A DNA stretch of 64,000 nucleotides from Amoebidium appalachense (taxonomy: Eukaryota > Protista > Ichthyosporea): the NCBI GenBank assembly GCA_963693365.1, contig CAVNZM010000005.1, forward strand, positions 9,466,334 to 9,530,333. Direction: 5' to 3'. Shown piece after piece: positions 1 to 58,983 of this stretch (position 1 is its first letter; each line of letters opens with the position of its first letter). Under the pieces are notes generated by a model. It saw nothing but the letters and a program-made list of their open reading frames with translations, did no database searches and was not told the DNA's origin. Made by a program: the position numbers and the translations under genes.

Positions 1-6777
<6,777 letters not shown>

Positions 6778-6817
6778 GGTGTGTGATGTGGGTGTGGGAA
6801 TTTTTTTTTTCTTTTTT

Positions 6818-6848
<31 letters not shown>

Positions 6849-6880
6849 GGGGGGAGTTGGAGGGTTTGTGCATGTACGAC

Positions 6881-6940
<60 letters not shown>

Positions 6941-6958
6941 CCTTTCTTTCTTTCCTTT

Positions 6959-6989
<31 letters not shown>

Positions 6990-8731
6990 GGGATGTGTGA
7001 GTGGGCGGGCGGGTGGGTGGGTATGCGTGGGCGGGTGAGTGGGTGTGTGTGCGTGCGTGTTTGTGGGTGGGTGGGTGGGTGTGTGGGTGGGTGGGTGTGT
7101 GTAGTGTGCGTGCCTGTGTTGTGTACATTTGCCCTCTCGATGTTTGTGAATGTGTGTTAGCATGCTTGGTGATGGGCAGAGAGGTTGTGAGTGTGCGTTT
7201 TGGTTTTCTCGTTAGGGTGTGGATTGGTGAAACCTGAAGATAAAATGGAGGGGCAGTTAGAGCTGGGTGAATAGAGAAGATGCAGTTGCATATTGAAGGG
7301 AGGGGGGGGGGGGGGGGGGGGGAGGTTGTCTTAAAGTTGATGAGTAAAAGAAGTAGGGCTGTACGTAGGAGGTGTATGTGTTGGCGCCTTGCACCTTGTG
7401 TAGGAGAGCGCCCAGGGGGGGGGGGGGGGGGGGGGGGGGGGGACGCTTTGCAGGACTGGGTGAATATATTTGATTCATAGCTTGACATAGTCTCACTCTG
7501 TTGTGGTCCATGATTTAGGTACGTGATGCAACGTCAAAGTCGATGTGTGACAGACTACAACCACCCGGGGGCAACCGATACATGATCTGTGAATGAACTT
7601 GAATATGAAGTAGCTTTTATATATCATTTTCGTTTTTTTTTTTGTTTTTTTTTTCCTCTCTGCTTTTTTTTGCACTGTTTTTTTTATAGGAAGCAAGATG
7701 CCGTTTTTTTTTACAATTCACTCCTCTTTTTTCGTAGGGCTTTTGTTAAGGATCTGGCTGTTGAATAGCTGCCGTGGTCCAGGAGCATGTATGATACTTA
7801 AAATTTCATAGCACTGTAATTTTTAATTTTTCGATATTGGCAATACTAAGCTGCGCTAGTTTCTAAATTCGAACGTTGTAATGTTAGTCTCTTCTTATAA
7901 TGTCGTCATGATGGCTGTCGTAGTACCGCGAAGGTGTATGCTGTTTTCTATATATAAGAATGTGACATGGATGTACATGTACCATCGAAGAAATGATGGT
8001 GTTGCCTTTCTTTCCTGAATATTCATTAATTAGTTAATATCGATCACTAATTAATTAAGCACGGTGCTGCCTGCGCTTCGCCAACATGCTTCGCCAAAGC
8101 CTGTGATCGACATCATGATGACGCTTGCTCTGTTGAGATTTTGAAGTTGCAAAGTTCGGATGGGACCTGTACATGTCTCACAGTGAATTGAATCAAGTTA
8201 TTGCATTTGTTATTTTGGTTCAGATCTTGCATGGTGTCGGTGCGCTGGCGTGCACTTGCCAATGGGTGTCACGGACCGGGTGCGCACACACAGACACGTG
8301 GAGGAAGTGGGTTTTCCCGTTCGCAAAATGCATGCATGTATGGGATGTAGGCTATCGAGTGAACGTATGTTTAGGCTGAACGCTATATTTACGAGTCTCC
8401 CTTGGGAGTGGGGCCCAAGACATTGCAACCCCAGAACAGCCCAGATCTCTGAAGCTTCGAAGTATCCCCCCCCCCCCCCCCCCCCCCCCCGGCCGCCGAA
8501 AGGAAGGGTGCAGGCCATCACCTTGACAGCCCGACAAAAATCTACTGTAACAGCCGGAAAGAAACTAAAATCACACAAATATACGGAAGATAATTGAACT
8601 GAATTCGGCTTAAGTTGAACCTGAGGCTCCTACCACATTTATTACTGCGCATGCACTACGTACGTAGGGCCTCCGTGTCATGATCATACACACACACACA
8701 CAAACACACACACGTGCACACACCCACACAC

Positions 8732-8765
<34 letters not shown>

Positions 8766-10363
8766 GCACGCACACACACACATACACACACACACACACA
8801 CATACACACACACACAAGGTCTCACACAAGACTTCGGAAATCATTTGGCACCAAAATTACGTAATGCTTTTGGCGCGCTTTTTCCTTTTTGGCGATCGCC
8901 GCGTCCCAGAGCGCTGTGAAATAAGCAGGGGGCCAACGAATTGTCCCTGAAACCCCGAGAAAGCTTGCAGGTGCTTACGTATACAGAAACACTCTTGAAG
9001 GCCATACCGTAGCCCACATACAAAGATGAACACGGGATCTTAGTGCATGCTGCTTTTGTGTGGCCGAAGCAACCAGATTACAATGGGAACACACCATACG
9101 GGCAAACACACAGTTAATTTAACCACGAAGCAGCGCACACACGAGCACGTGCACACATACGATGACACGCTTGCACATACAAAGACATGACAAACATGCA
9201 TACGTGTGTGCACGCCTGAGGGCACACACACAGTGCTCCTCGTAACCACCCAAGCACGCAGACTAAACAAGACACGAAAACAGTTTTGTGTGCACATTTT
9301 CCAGAACACAGTTCTATTCAATACAGCAATGGACCAGAATTCTCGAAATTGCACAAGCCGATATCGATAGCTGTTGTCGCACATATGCACACTTCCATTT
9401 TTTCTGCCATACTGTAGCCCAGGCAGTTTTTAGCCGGCCAGTTTTGTGCTTAGCTGGGTGGGTTCGTGTGTGTGTGCTTATTTCCATGAAAACAGATCTC
9501 TAAGCGAAGCTGTCGCATTTATACGTAACTGCTGATTAGTGCAAGCCCCTGGCTTTTATCCGTATTTTGTAATCTAATAGGCACAACTCTCAAAATTGCG
9601 CTTTTTTTTTTTTAAGCCTTACATGCAAAAACAAAGCGAGCGGTTAAGATGGTTGAATTCTGATCTGATAGCTGACATCGGTGCCGGGTGTATGCAGTGC
9701 TGACATGAGCGTGGTGCATGTTCACACCTGCACGCCCGGCCACCAGCGGGAATGACCCCCCCACCCACAACGGCTCTAAGACTGTGCTAGCCCAAACCCC
9801 GAGAGGTGTGTATGCTCCAACTCTACGTGTTCTCTAATATCAACCCGTGCTCCTTGTTTTTTTTTCATGTTTTCCTCGTCATTCTTCGCCTGAATACGAT
9901 ACCTCACTCGCTAACTCTAACAACCTCTCCCCACCCCTTCCCCACCCCCCCCCCCCCCCCCCCCCGGCCACACACACACACACATACCTTCTCCTTCTTA
10001 CCTTATCACAGCTCCGCCTCTGCTCTCTGCCGTCCTAACTCTCCCCCCCCCCCCCCCTCCCCCCCCCTCCTCCTCCTCTCCTCCCCCCCCCCTCTCCCCT
10101 CTCGCTCCCCCCCCCCCCCCCCCCCTTCGTCCATATACCCGTAACAGGTTCCCATTTCATTTCCTTGTCCTTGTGTCTCTGTGTGAGCTACCTTGTTCAC
10201 TTCTGCTATGTACAGTGTATTAGCTCTTCCCCCCTCTCTCCCCCGCCCCCTCCCCGCCGGCCCCCCAGGGTTGCCTTTTTTGCCCTTCCGCGCACCCCAT
10301 GTGGTATATCTCTTCCATTCATTACTCCCGACTATCCTCCCCCCCTCCCCCCCCTTCCCCCCC

Positions 10364-10469
<106 letters not shown>

Positions 10470-10719
10470 AACACGTTTTAGGAGATTCAGTGCACTTGGA
10501 CACTTTAGTGCTGTTGCCACACGATCAGTCTCCCCTCCCCCCCCCCCCCCTCCCTCCTCCCCCCCCCCCCCCCCCCCTCCCCCCCCTTCTACACGCACAC
10601 ACACACACAGGCGCGCCCACAGACGCATACACCAAAAACATAGGCAAGCAATGGTGGGCCTTTCTGAATGTTTCATATCAGGCTACCCACAGATGATGCA
10701 GTCTTCTTTCCACTCCTTG

Positions 10720-10770
<51 letters not shown>

Positions 10771-10843
10771 ACACACACATGAATGAAGAAGGAAAGACCA
10801 CCAAAACATTACGATCACCAACCTACTTTCGATGCCCCCCCTC

Positions 10844-10876
<33 letters not shown>

Positions 10877-10908
10877 ACCCACCCACCCAACCACCCACCC
10901 CATCCTCC

Positions 10909-10940
<32 letters not shown>

Positions 10941-11003
10941 AAAAGAAAAAAAAAAATTCAAATTCCAACGCAGGTAGGGAATACCGTGCATGGTCTTTCT
11001 CAA

Positions 11004-19822
<8,819 letters not shown>

Positions 19823-19863
19823 AATTACGGAATATTGGCGGCTGGGTGGTAGGGTAAAAACGT

Positions 19864-19895
<32 letters not shown>

Positions 19896-19959
19896 GGGGT
19901 AGGGAGGGTGGGGGCGGGGGGAGGGAGGATAGGGAGGATTGGGGGGGGGGGGGGGGGGA

Positions 19960-20004
<45 letters not shown>

Positions 20005-20296
20005 GGGGGGGCTTGTGAGCTTGATAGATGACGGGCATACCTGTAGGTATGGATGACACACACACGAGCGCACACAAACACGCGCACACATACATACACG
20101 CACACGCATGCATACTCAAACACACACGCACACGCACACGCACACGCACACGCACACGCACACGCACACGCACACGCACACGCACACGCGCACGCGCACG
20201 CGCACGCGCACACGCACACGTCAAACACACACACACACACACGCACGCGCACGCGCACGCGCACGCACGCGCGCGCGCGCATGCACACACACACAT

Positions 20297-20439
<143 letters not shown>

Positions 20440-20849
20440 AACACAGCTAAGTATGGTAGCGATGTCGTTTGCTCTAAACTTTGAACCAGGTTAATAACTC
20501 TTTCCTACCGTCTAATATGCACGAAACTCGTAACCGAACGCTCTGCATATGTTGTATATCCTGACATTTTAATATTCACCGGTTTCCGGCTTATGATCGT
20601 CTTAAGGTTTTTTTATGTTGTCCTTTTTTTCCTCTCTTTTCTCAGAGCCTTACCGAAACGGTTTACCCGTTGTGTATCGATATCCGTAAGCAAAGTATGT
20701 TCCATGTTGACCTAAAGAACCTTAGATTTTATGTTGTTTAACTGCCTTTTTCGAATGAACAGTGTTCTATATGAACGAGGCAATACAATCGATATGCTGT
20801 AATAAATTCTGCCAAAGAGATTATAACAGCTCCGTTTTGCCAACTGTAA

Positions 20850-20892
<43 letters not shown>

Positions 20893-20953
20893 CCCCCCCC
20901 CCCCTCCCCCCCCCTCCCCCCCCGCCCCGCCCAAACCACAACCACCACCACCA

Positions 20954-20984
<31 letters not shown>

Positions 20985-21125
20985 CCCTCACACTCAGTAG
21001 ATCTAACTTACAGCAAACTTCGAAGCTCGACGAAAGACTTCTTTGCGTGATCCAACTGCTAAGACATTTCGGGTTAATGAAATGAAATAAGTTTGCCGCT
21101 AGGTTAATTTTATGCATCATTAAAA

Positions 21126-38667
<17,542 letters not shown>

Positions 38668-40085
38668 GTTTATTTTCTCTCTGAAACTATATAAGTAAAC
38701 AAAAGACGCTGTATTTATGGGCTAAGGAGCGTTGTGATTTCGCCCTGATGTTGCTTAAAGTTTGGTGATTACATGACCTTGCTACGGTATATTGAGGAGA
38801 AAGTAGCGGCATACGCTAATTGTTTCCGGGTTTTGTCCGTCAGTCCGTAAGTCTCTCTCTCTCTCTCTCTCTTTCCCCCCCTCACAGTACTGCCTCCCTA
38901 TGTTTGTATGTGTGCGTGTGCGCGTGTCCGTGTCACAGTAGTGTGTCTCTCCCTCTCTGTATGTCACGGTTTCTGCCAGTGTCTTATGTCTAAGGTCGAT
39001 GGATTGTGCCTTTGCATGGGTCGGTGAAAAACTGAACTAAAACGATTGAGACCCTGGGCTCCCCGTTTCCTCTAAGCTATAGCAAGTGTATTTTACAGCG
39101 TTCTTTCTGAAGCTACACTTTGAACCGAAGTTGATTTATGTACGAACTTGGCAATCGCCGAAACAAGTTTACCTCTTTTACAAGCAGGCACTGCCCGGGC
39201 CCCCACTTCATGACGTGACACATAAAATAAGACAACAATGTTACCCTCCCAAATTTAGCCGATTGATTGGGTTCATTTTACCTCAGGAATGTCCCTCTCC
39301 CCGGCCATCTAGAAACACCCAAGGCCATCTATTTTGTAGGAGGGCTAAGGAGGCCTTGATGTGACCCCATGCTGCCATGACCATGATTTCCCAAGAAAAA
39401 ACGTAATACAGACAAAGGACTGCAAGGTGTCATGTAAAACAATAAGTATTAATAAGTATAAAAAAACCGCCCAGTTTTATGGTCTGACAACTCATACAAG
39501 GCCTTATTTGCTGTGGTCCGACGTGTTCAACATGAGGACCTTCATGGCCATTCCTCTAATCTCGAAACAAAGTCGAGGAAGTTGTACATGTTGCGATCGT
39601 TGCAGCATTAACCTTGTGCCTATCACGTGCACGACCTCACCCTTAAATACTCATGTGCGTGTACGCAGGTGTCGGGTTGGCCCATTATACCTTTAAAAAC
39701 ACCTTCTTCTTTTTAACTGATGATTTATGGCCCAGGCATTGCATGTAGCATGTTACCGTGACTACACAGTTGATATCTACTTCCTGTATACCAGGAGAAG
39801 TCCGAGTGTACATCCCTTGAGATGCGTGAAAATGCTTCGCAACTACAAACACTCAAAGGTTGAAATTGCGACAGTGGCCCCGAGAGCTCGAGCACTTGGC
39901 ACGGTTATAAACTTTACGTACGTTAGCTACGGGCTCAAATCTCAGTGATAATTCACATGGAAATATAACAATTAGGCACTATCATGTCATTGTACTATCT
40001 AACATCGACATCACACTTGCGAATGCAACACACCCGGTAGTCACAAATAGACAACGTAATTACGTTGTGAGCACCAGAAATTTTC

Positions 40086-40273
40086 AAAGCACCAGATGCA
40101 ACTTACCGACCGTGTCCACACAGTTAAACTTAAAATATCGCAGCACACTAATCTTGGAGTTTTGCTAAAGATGGGATTAAAAAGGGCCTGGGTTGGTATG
40201 CAACATCTTGCTTCAAGTGCCTGGGTAGTTCAACTTCGTGAGCACGGTCGGTAAGTTGACCATCTGGTGCTTT
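40086..40273. mobile_element. MITE-like / foldback element with ~45-bp imperfect inverted repeats
   Basis: AAAGCACCAGATGCAACTTACCGACCGTG... at 40086 versus ...CACGGTCGGTAAGTTGACCATCTGGTGCTTT ending at 40273. No clear TSD. Confidence 0.65.
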
Positions 40274-40558
40274 ATATTGCACCAAACTACCGTGAAGGCA
40301 CAAACACGTTTTCCAACTTCGGGCCAGCCACAGGCAAGCCCGTTTTGTTTTTCATTTTGATTTTAAAAAAATGGCAGGCATCTCAACTCCAACCAATCCT
40401 GCAGAAGCTAGTAACCTAGAGTCTAGCCTTTTCCTATTTGTCTGGTGTGTGCTAACACCCAACCATTCCTAGACTGGACGAATTAAGCTAAGTTCGGGGA
40501 GATATACAAGGCAGGGCTCTATATATACAGCGGGTGACTCAAGCTCAATTTTGCTCAT

Positions 40559-40597
<39 letters not shown>

Positions 40598-40715
40598 GAC
40601 ACACACACACACAAATAAATAATACAAGAAACTTAAAAAGCACCTATGCCTACCTCCCACGTCACAATTAGGGACGTGCCTTAGCCACTAACACAATCTA
40701 CCAAAAACATCTACA

Positions 40716-42604
<1,889 letters not shown>

Positions 42605-43184
42605 GTTATGAGAATCGTACAACAACACCGTAGACGGCTTATACTTTCTATGCTAAAGTAAATAAATTGAGTATGTATTTCAAATCAAACAATCTGATTG
42701 TTCTGTTATGCTAATACTCTGTCCAATTCGCTGTGCTTTCAAAACGCAAAAACGCGCAACGAAAAAATCTCTCGCAGCAGCCCAATGACAATCCGAATGA
42801 CATGTTCAAAAGCGGGGCCCGCTTCTTTATGAGTAAGCGATAAACATACCTCTTTTACCCCACCTCAACCCGTCGACATATTTCCATGGTTTGTAGCCAA
42901 TAGTTGAGCAGAAGCTTAAACTGATAAGAATGTAGGTCTCCCTACACTCTGTAATGCTAAATTACTCCAGAACAAGGTACGAAACAAAAAGGTGTCAAAT
43001 CATTAGATAGAATCATGTTTCTAAGGTTAAAAAAAACTAAAAACATGCTATATTACTCTATTATAATTTATAAAACGTTGTTTATTGTAGAGTTATAATT
43101 AAGCAAATAGCTCTTGGAGCTCAGTATTAAGTACTGTAAATGGCGTGCAATAAACACAAACAGTGGATTCCCATGGAGTTTAGG

Positions 43185-43220
43185 GTATGTTCACGGCCCT
43201 CTAGAGGGCCGTGGTATGTT
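43185..43220. repeat. Perfect 22-bp palindrome flanked by a 7-bp direct repeat
   Basis: GTATGTT-CACGGCCCTCTAGAGGGCCGTG-GTATGTT. Confidence 0.85.
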
Positions 43221-44535
43221 GCAGGCACTTCCCTGATTGGGAGATGGGACTCCCCATAGATATGGATATCTCCGGGGAATCCGCGGGCCCGCGGGGGTTC
43301 TGGGTCCCGGGATTCCCGCCAGCAAACTCAATCGGGCAAACCCGACCTGTGGCTCTCTCGGCTCGGAATACTGTGCTTGCCGAAGCCAAATGTATGTAGA
43401 ATGTAAGCACCGGGTAATTTGTTTGCAGATGATATTGTCAATACCAAAGATAGACGAGACCCGCAGCAGACCCGCTTCAGCGCTGCTGCAGATGGCGAAG
43501 CACGGGCCGCGGGCGTTGCCCGTCACATGAACGTGATTACGTCACAGTTTGTTCCTGGCAGAGGGGGGTAAAAGGTTCATGGTGATCGTGATGGGTGCAT
43601 CAATATACAGTACATGCATAATGCATCCCCTGTTCTTTTTTATAATGCATTCAAATAACAATTATTGCTTTGATAGTATAAGCATGACCAATTAGGCCAC
43701 AGATACAATTACATCGTCATATCGCATGACCCAACAACTTGAATCTGGCAGGGTCTTTGACTATCCCCCTATGTCATAGTCATCCTCCCCAAATTGGATC
43801 CCCCTACATTTCTATGTAGTCTTAGGTTTCAGACTTTTAGTCAATCTCCACTCGAACCGCCTCTTATTGTAATAAAGATTCCCTTTATTATCACTAGTGG
43901 ATTTACAAAGAGTGTTCTTTAAAATCTTGAAACCCCTATATTCTTGTTGGGAATCAGGCTACTGTACGACCTGATTCTTGACTCATATAGGTCGACACTC
44001 GCAAGTTGCAACGTACTAAAAAACTTTAAAGCAAACTAGCAAAGCATGAAAAAAAATTGAAAGTTATGATGCGGTAGGTATAGGGGTCTCCGGGGTTCGT
44101 TTCTTCTAGATCCGGGCGCACTGGTCAAAAAAAAAAAAAAAAGAAAGAAAACGGCCGGTGCTTTCACCAGGGCCACTATCACATGTGCAAAGTGGTCTCT
44201 TGAAGCCAACCACTGCGTTTCTATACCCCTAGTAAACTATTAGTTTCAGTAGAGCCATCGAATGTCTAGACATTCGTGACCTCTTAGTCGTGCACTAGGG
44301 CAGGTGTGTGCCAGTTAACATCGAGTGTTGGGAATCCGGACAGGAGGTGCCAACGACATAGGTGAGATCTATCACACCGGTCACACACACACACCCATGT
44401 ACATTACCTCGTCTATCACATCTGCTTCACGCATCTTCTTGATTGAACTAGCCGTTCAGGCCATATGCTGATCACACCTTTTTTCGCGGTCACCCTGCCT
44501 TGATCCTACATAGTCGTACAGTTTTTCCTTACATG

Positions 44536-44570
<35 letters not shown>

Positions 44571-44639
44571 TCCCCCTCCCCCGGCCCTCCCCTTACTCAC
44601 CCGCCTTTCCCTCTTCGGATCCTGCGTCTATATTTCGCA

Positions 44640-45270
<631 letters not shown>

Positions 45271-45612
45271 GCTATCTCGATTCTATCTCTCTATCTCCCC
45301 CCTCTATCTCTTTCTCTATCCCCCCCCCCGCCCCTTCCTTCCCCCCCCTCCCCAACCACCCCCACCACCACCCACCCACCTCCCCCCCCCTCCCCCCCTC
45401 CCCCCCCCTCCCCCCCCCCCCCCCCCCCCCCCCCCTTGCCCCCCCTTTTCTTTCTCTCTCTTTCCGGATCCCTCGTTCTCTTTTGCTCGGGCGCCACTAC
45501 GGCAGCACCGGCCACTCATCGTCTATTTCTGTTAATTCCCAGAACCCCGTACTCCCTGCTTCATACGTTCCAACATCTCACAACGTGGATCCACGCTCAC
45601 AATTTCGCGAGA

Positions 45613-54921
<9,309 letters not shown>

Positions 54922-55031
54922 TCTTCGTGTAGAGAGAGAGTACTTTCATGGTCAAGGGTATCAGTCAGTGAGAATGGCAAGTGATCTTAGATCTCAGGCT
55001 TCTCTCTCTCTTCTATTAGCCATGTCATGCT

Positions 55032-55244
<213 letters not shown>

Positions 55245-57017
55245 CCTCCCCTCCTCTCCCTCCCTCCCTCCCTCCCTCCCTCCTCTCTCTCTCTCTCTCT
55301 CCCCCCCCCCCCCCCCCCCCCCCTCCCTTCCATCCCTCCCTCCCTCCCTCCTCATGATGATCAGTGCAATCTTCCGAATTCGAAGTTATTCGATGTTCGT
55401 TGCCAAACTTCCTTGTAGCTACCCGATACCACCGTACGCATTCCGAAGCTTTTGGAGGTACAAGACATTGAGTGTGACCTAATTTTTTTAAAAAAAAAGA
55501 ATATGTACCTGGCTGTGTGGTATTTCACTTTAGTACTAGTGGCCTGAGCTACAATTGATCTGGAGCACATAACGTTATTATTATCATTTTACAACTAATA
55601 GTATGTGTGATAATTAGTCGATCATGGCATGTGCTATACATAGCTAGCCCTGCACCAGACCTGTATATTGAGTGGTGAAACAGTAGAATGGAAGCAAGGT
55701 GCGTACTACAGATCTAGATACTCACAAGGTTTTAATTGCAAATTTCACACAACTAATGTACTAACTTGATCCATGCATACGACTTGCATGTATATACGTA
55801 TGTAGGATCCGGATGTGCCGGGCCATGAATCCAATGGACCATGATGCATGTGGCTTTTTTTTTTGGAATTTGGAACAAAGATACCCGTTTGGAGCATTAT
55901 TCGTCCGGATCCGGCAACTGGGCCACCTGTGTGTGTGTGTGCTGTGCTGTAGGTGACGTGTCAAAATGTTCGACTTTCGAACTGGAATAGACTACTAGAC
56001 TCTCGTGTTTTCTTTGTAGTTCTGGATTCCGGAAAGCGCTCTTCCATGAAAAGCGCCAATCAGATGTAACCACTGCACCTGCAGCCAGAACATTCGATCC
56101 AATCAGCAACGTTCTTTTTTTTGGTTGGGTTATATAAACCAATAAAAGCTTACATTCACTGATAGCTTAACCATATATGGCCATAATTCGGATGTCGTGA
56201 CTCATGATAATTTTGTTACAACGTCAGGGTCCTGGGATTCAGGAACTTCTGGAAGGAAAATATTGTAGGGGGATTCCGCAGGGCATGGAATACTGTATAA
56301 AGAAGCATAGGCCTATACATATACACTTTGTGCACAAAATATTACGCACCACCCATGTAATACATACACTGTTCATTAGACTCGCTGCCACTGTTGCCAG
56401 AGTCTCGGAGACATCCATCGTGACGTCGTCTGTACAACTAGTCACAACGGCAGTGGACTATGCAGCACCAAAGATCACGTGCATTCTGATTGGTTGCTCA
56501 CGTTCAAGCCATCAGTCATCCCGCCAATTGTGCGAGTTTCAAGCTTTCAACTTGACCCGGAGACACGGGGCCCCGGGCTAATGTTTTCTATCTACACTGG
56601 GAATGTAAATAATTGTTTGCATTTTCTTTACTTATTCTCAACTCTCTTTTATGTCTTTTTTTTGTGCCAAGAAGTTAACGCTTCTACGTCGTAATCTATG
56701 ACCAGACAAGCCTTCACCGGGCCAGATATTACGCGATCTGAAGTCACGTACGAGAATCACGACGCGCGCGCCGCATTGTTCAAGAAAATTTATACTTTTT
56801 TGCAACGTTGCCTGCTATTACCCAACATACCTTTAAATATGTAGTTGGTCGCAACATTTTTTATTCATATTTTTATTTCTCAGTTTATCATCATAAATTG
56901 CAGGTGGTGGGGTGGGTTTGCATATGCATGTGCTTTGCCTATGTGAAATGTTCGAACATGCCAGAATTTCCTGGAAAGCCCTGGATGTGAGCCACATTGA
57001 TTGGGCAGTCGAATCTT

Positions 57018-57048
57018 CCAATCAGCATTCCCTCTTGGAACTATAAAA
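57018..57048 (+). promoter_or_regulatory. CCAAT box and TATA-like element upstream of the 57229 ORF
   Basis: CCAATCAG at 57018 and TATAAAA at 57042, about 180 nt upstream of ATG 57229. Further CCAAT/ATTGG boxes occur near 56056, 56099 and 56489. Confidence 0.35.
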
Positions 57049-57228
57049 ACACGCGTTTCTGTCTGCTATGTCATAAAAGAAGCCTTCTTTTGTATCTTCC
57101 GTGTCGTGTCTGTTTGTTGCCCTTTTTTTTCGGGGCGGGTTAAGTAGTAAAGGGATAAGATATAACTAATACGAGCACGAAGGCACATTGCTCGTCACAT
57201 AAAACATTCGTTGTGCACGCACGTTAAA

Positions 57229-57846
57229 ATGGAGGCAGTATACCCACCCCACGCATACCTGCAAGCGCCCTCCTCCCCAGGGACCTCCCTTCGTTGTGAC
57301 CACAACCCACCATCACAATCCCGCTATGAATCGACCACCAGCTACCAAAACAAACCATACATGTCCTCCACAGCACTAAACACTGCTTCAACTCCAAATT
57401 TTTCGTATCAATACTACTACAGCGAGCCCAATTCTCCCGTTGAGCAACGTAAACCTCAAAACACACGATCTCCCCTTGTTGCACAACGGCCATCCGAGTC
57501 GTTTACCAGGGATCATCATCCATATGTTCGCCGGTCACCCTCCTACAACCAATATCAAAACGAAAAGGAGAAAAACACGTATTCCCCGCGGGAAAAGATA
57601 TTAAACAGCAATAGCCTCTCTGTTGTGCCTGTTGACGGAGCTCTCCAAAGGAGGTGCCAGTCGTTAAACTACCTGAGCCAATATGACATTCTGGAACATG
57701 ATGTACTTCCTGCAAAAACGGAGATGGACATATATTTGGTGGCTGAGAGATTGGGCAACGCGTTGATTGATCTTCAACCGGCGGTTAGGGTCGCTCCACC
57801 TCCCCTTGAGCATAGGAAGGCATTCAAGCAACTCTTTTTCCTTTGA
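57229..57846 (+). CDS. Intronless hypothetical protein, 205 aa, S/P/Y-rich N-terminal half
   Basis: Repeat-free open frame with AAAATGG start context. The C-terminal part looks folded (DIYLVAERLGNALIDL...EHRKAFKQLFFL). No family recognised. Confidence 0.6.
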   Translation: MEAVYPPHAYLQAPSSPGTSLRCDHNPPSQSRYESTTSYQNKPYMSSTALNTASTPNFSYQYYYSEPNSPVEQRKPQNTRSPLVAQRPSESFTRDHHPYVRRSPSYNQYQNEKEKNTYSPREKILNSNSLSVVPVDGALQRRCQSLNYLSQYDILEHDVLPAKTEMDIYLVAERLGNALIDLQPAVRVAPPPLEHRKAFKQLFFL

Positions 57847-58983
57847 GTAAAGCATGTTTTACATGTTTCACCATGCATATATATGGGTTTAGAAAGAGTT
57901 ATTCAAATAAGCTTTCATTGTGTCATAGTATCATGTTATCAAGTAAATCAGAATGAAAGAGGTTCCTTTTTACTAGCACCGGTTAGATAATCAGTGTGTC
58001 TTCAAGTGTCGGCTGGCCCGCACTTGGCTTAGCAAGCTCAGGCTCGGATTGTTGAATGTTAAGGACTGAGGTATTGTTAAATGGTATGAAGATGAAGGAA
58101 AAGTGTTTTCGAAAAGTTGTTGTTGTATGCATAATAAAGAACTATTCAAAGGACTGTACTCATTCACGTGTGGGTGAAGGGTCAACATATATACTAAGGC
58201 TATAGGAGGCGATCTCACAAGTGAAGTTTAGAACTTTGACAATTTTCCGGCTCTTTTGGTTGTTTTAGTTACAGTCAGCACAGACCACGGTTTGCAGAGA
58301 CGGCCGAATATGCACCAGGTCCCACAGTACGTGAATGTTGCTAATGCACACCTGTTATTATGTAGTCTCAGTAATTTGCGCAAAAACAAAAGGTTGGTTT
58401 TTTTCTGTTGCCGTTTCTTCCTATGCATATGCTACACCTGCACTATACGTCCTGGCAACTCTTACATAGCTACACTCAATGCTATCATCACTACTATTAA
58501 TACCACTACCTGCACCATTTGTCAACAAACCATACTCAACTGCTTTGACCAAACTCTGGTAGAAAATGTGCCACTGTCCTCAGAGCGTCCTAATCACTTC
58601 TGTACAACCCGACTACCCTTCTTCCACGCCCTTACCCGCATATGAGAATAATAATATTAGCAGTATTACAAAACGTTATCCTACTTACTGAGGGACACGG
58701 TCTCCTCGTCTCGTCAGATCCTCACCTTCCTCCCTTCCGGATCCACCTGTCCCCTCTTCCCATTCCACCTTAGGATGACAGAAAGGCAGGGAACAACATA
58801 AATCACATCACAAAGCACTACCATGTCGCTGCAATATATCTGTGCCTTTGGGTTTTCACCATACGCCTCCTCTCTTTGTCCGAATCATTTTTCGAGCACC
58901 ATTTACACCACACACCACTTGGGATGTTAGAGCAAAAGGAGTATATACCCCAAGATAGCAAAATTTAACAGAGCAACTCAATC

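Noticed and set aside
9700-9810. Possible upstream coding exon of SET-B
   Set aside because: ATGs here hit stops quickly; at most a 5' UTR exon (donor 9806, acceptor 10973).
56204-56581. 125-aa ORF
   Set aside because: No recognisable motif or splice support; lies in a CCAAT-rich intergenic region.
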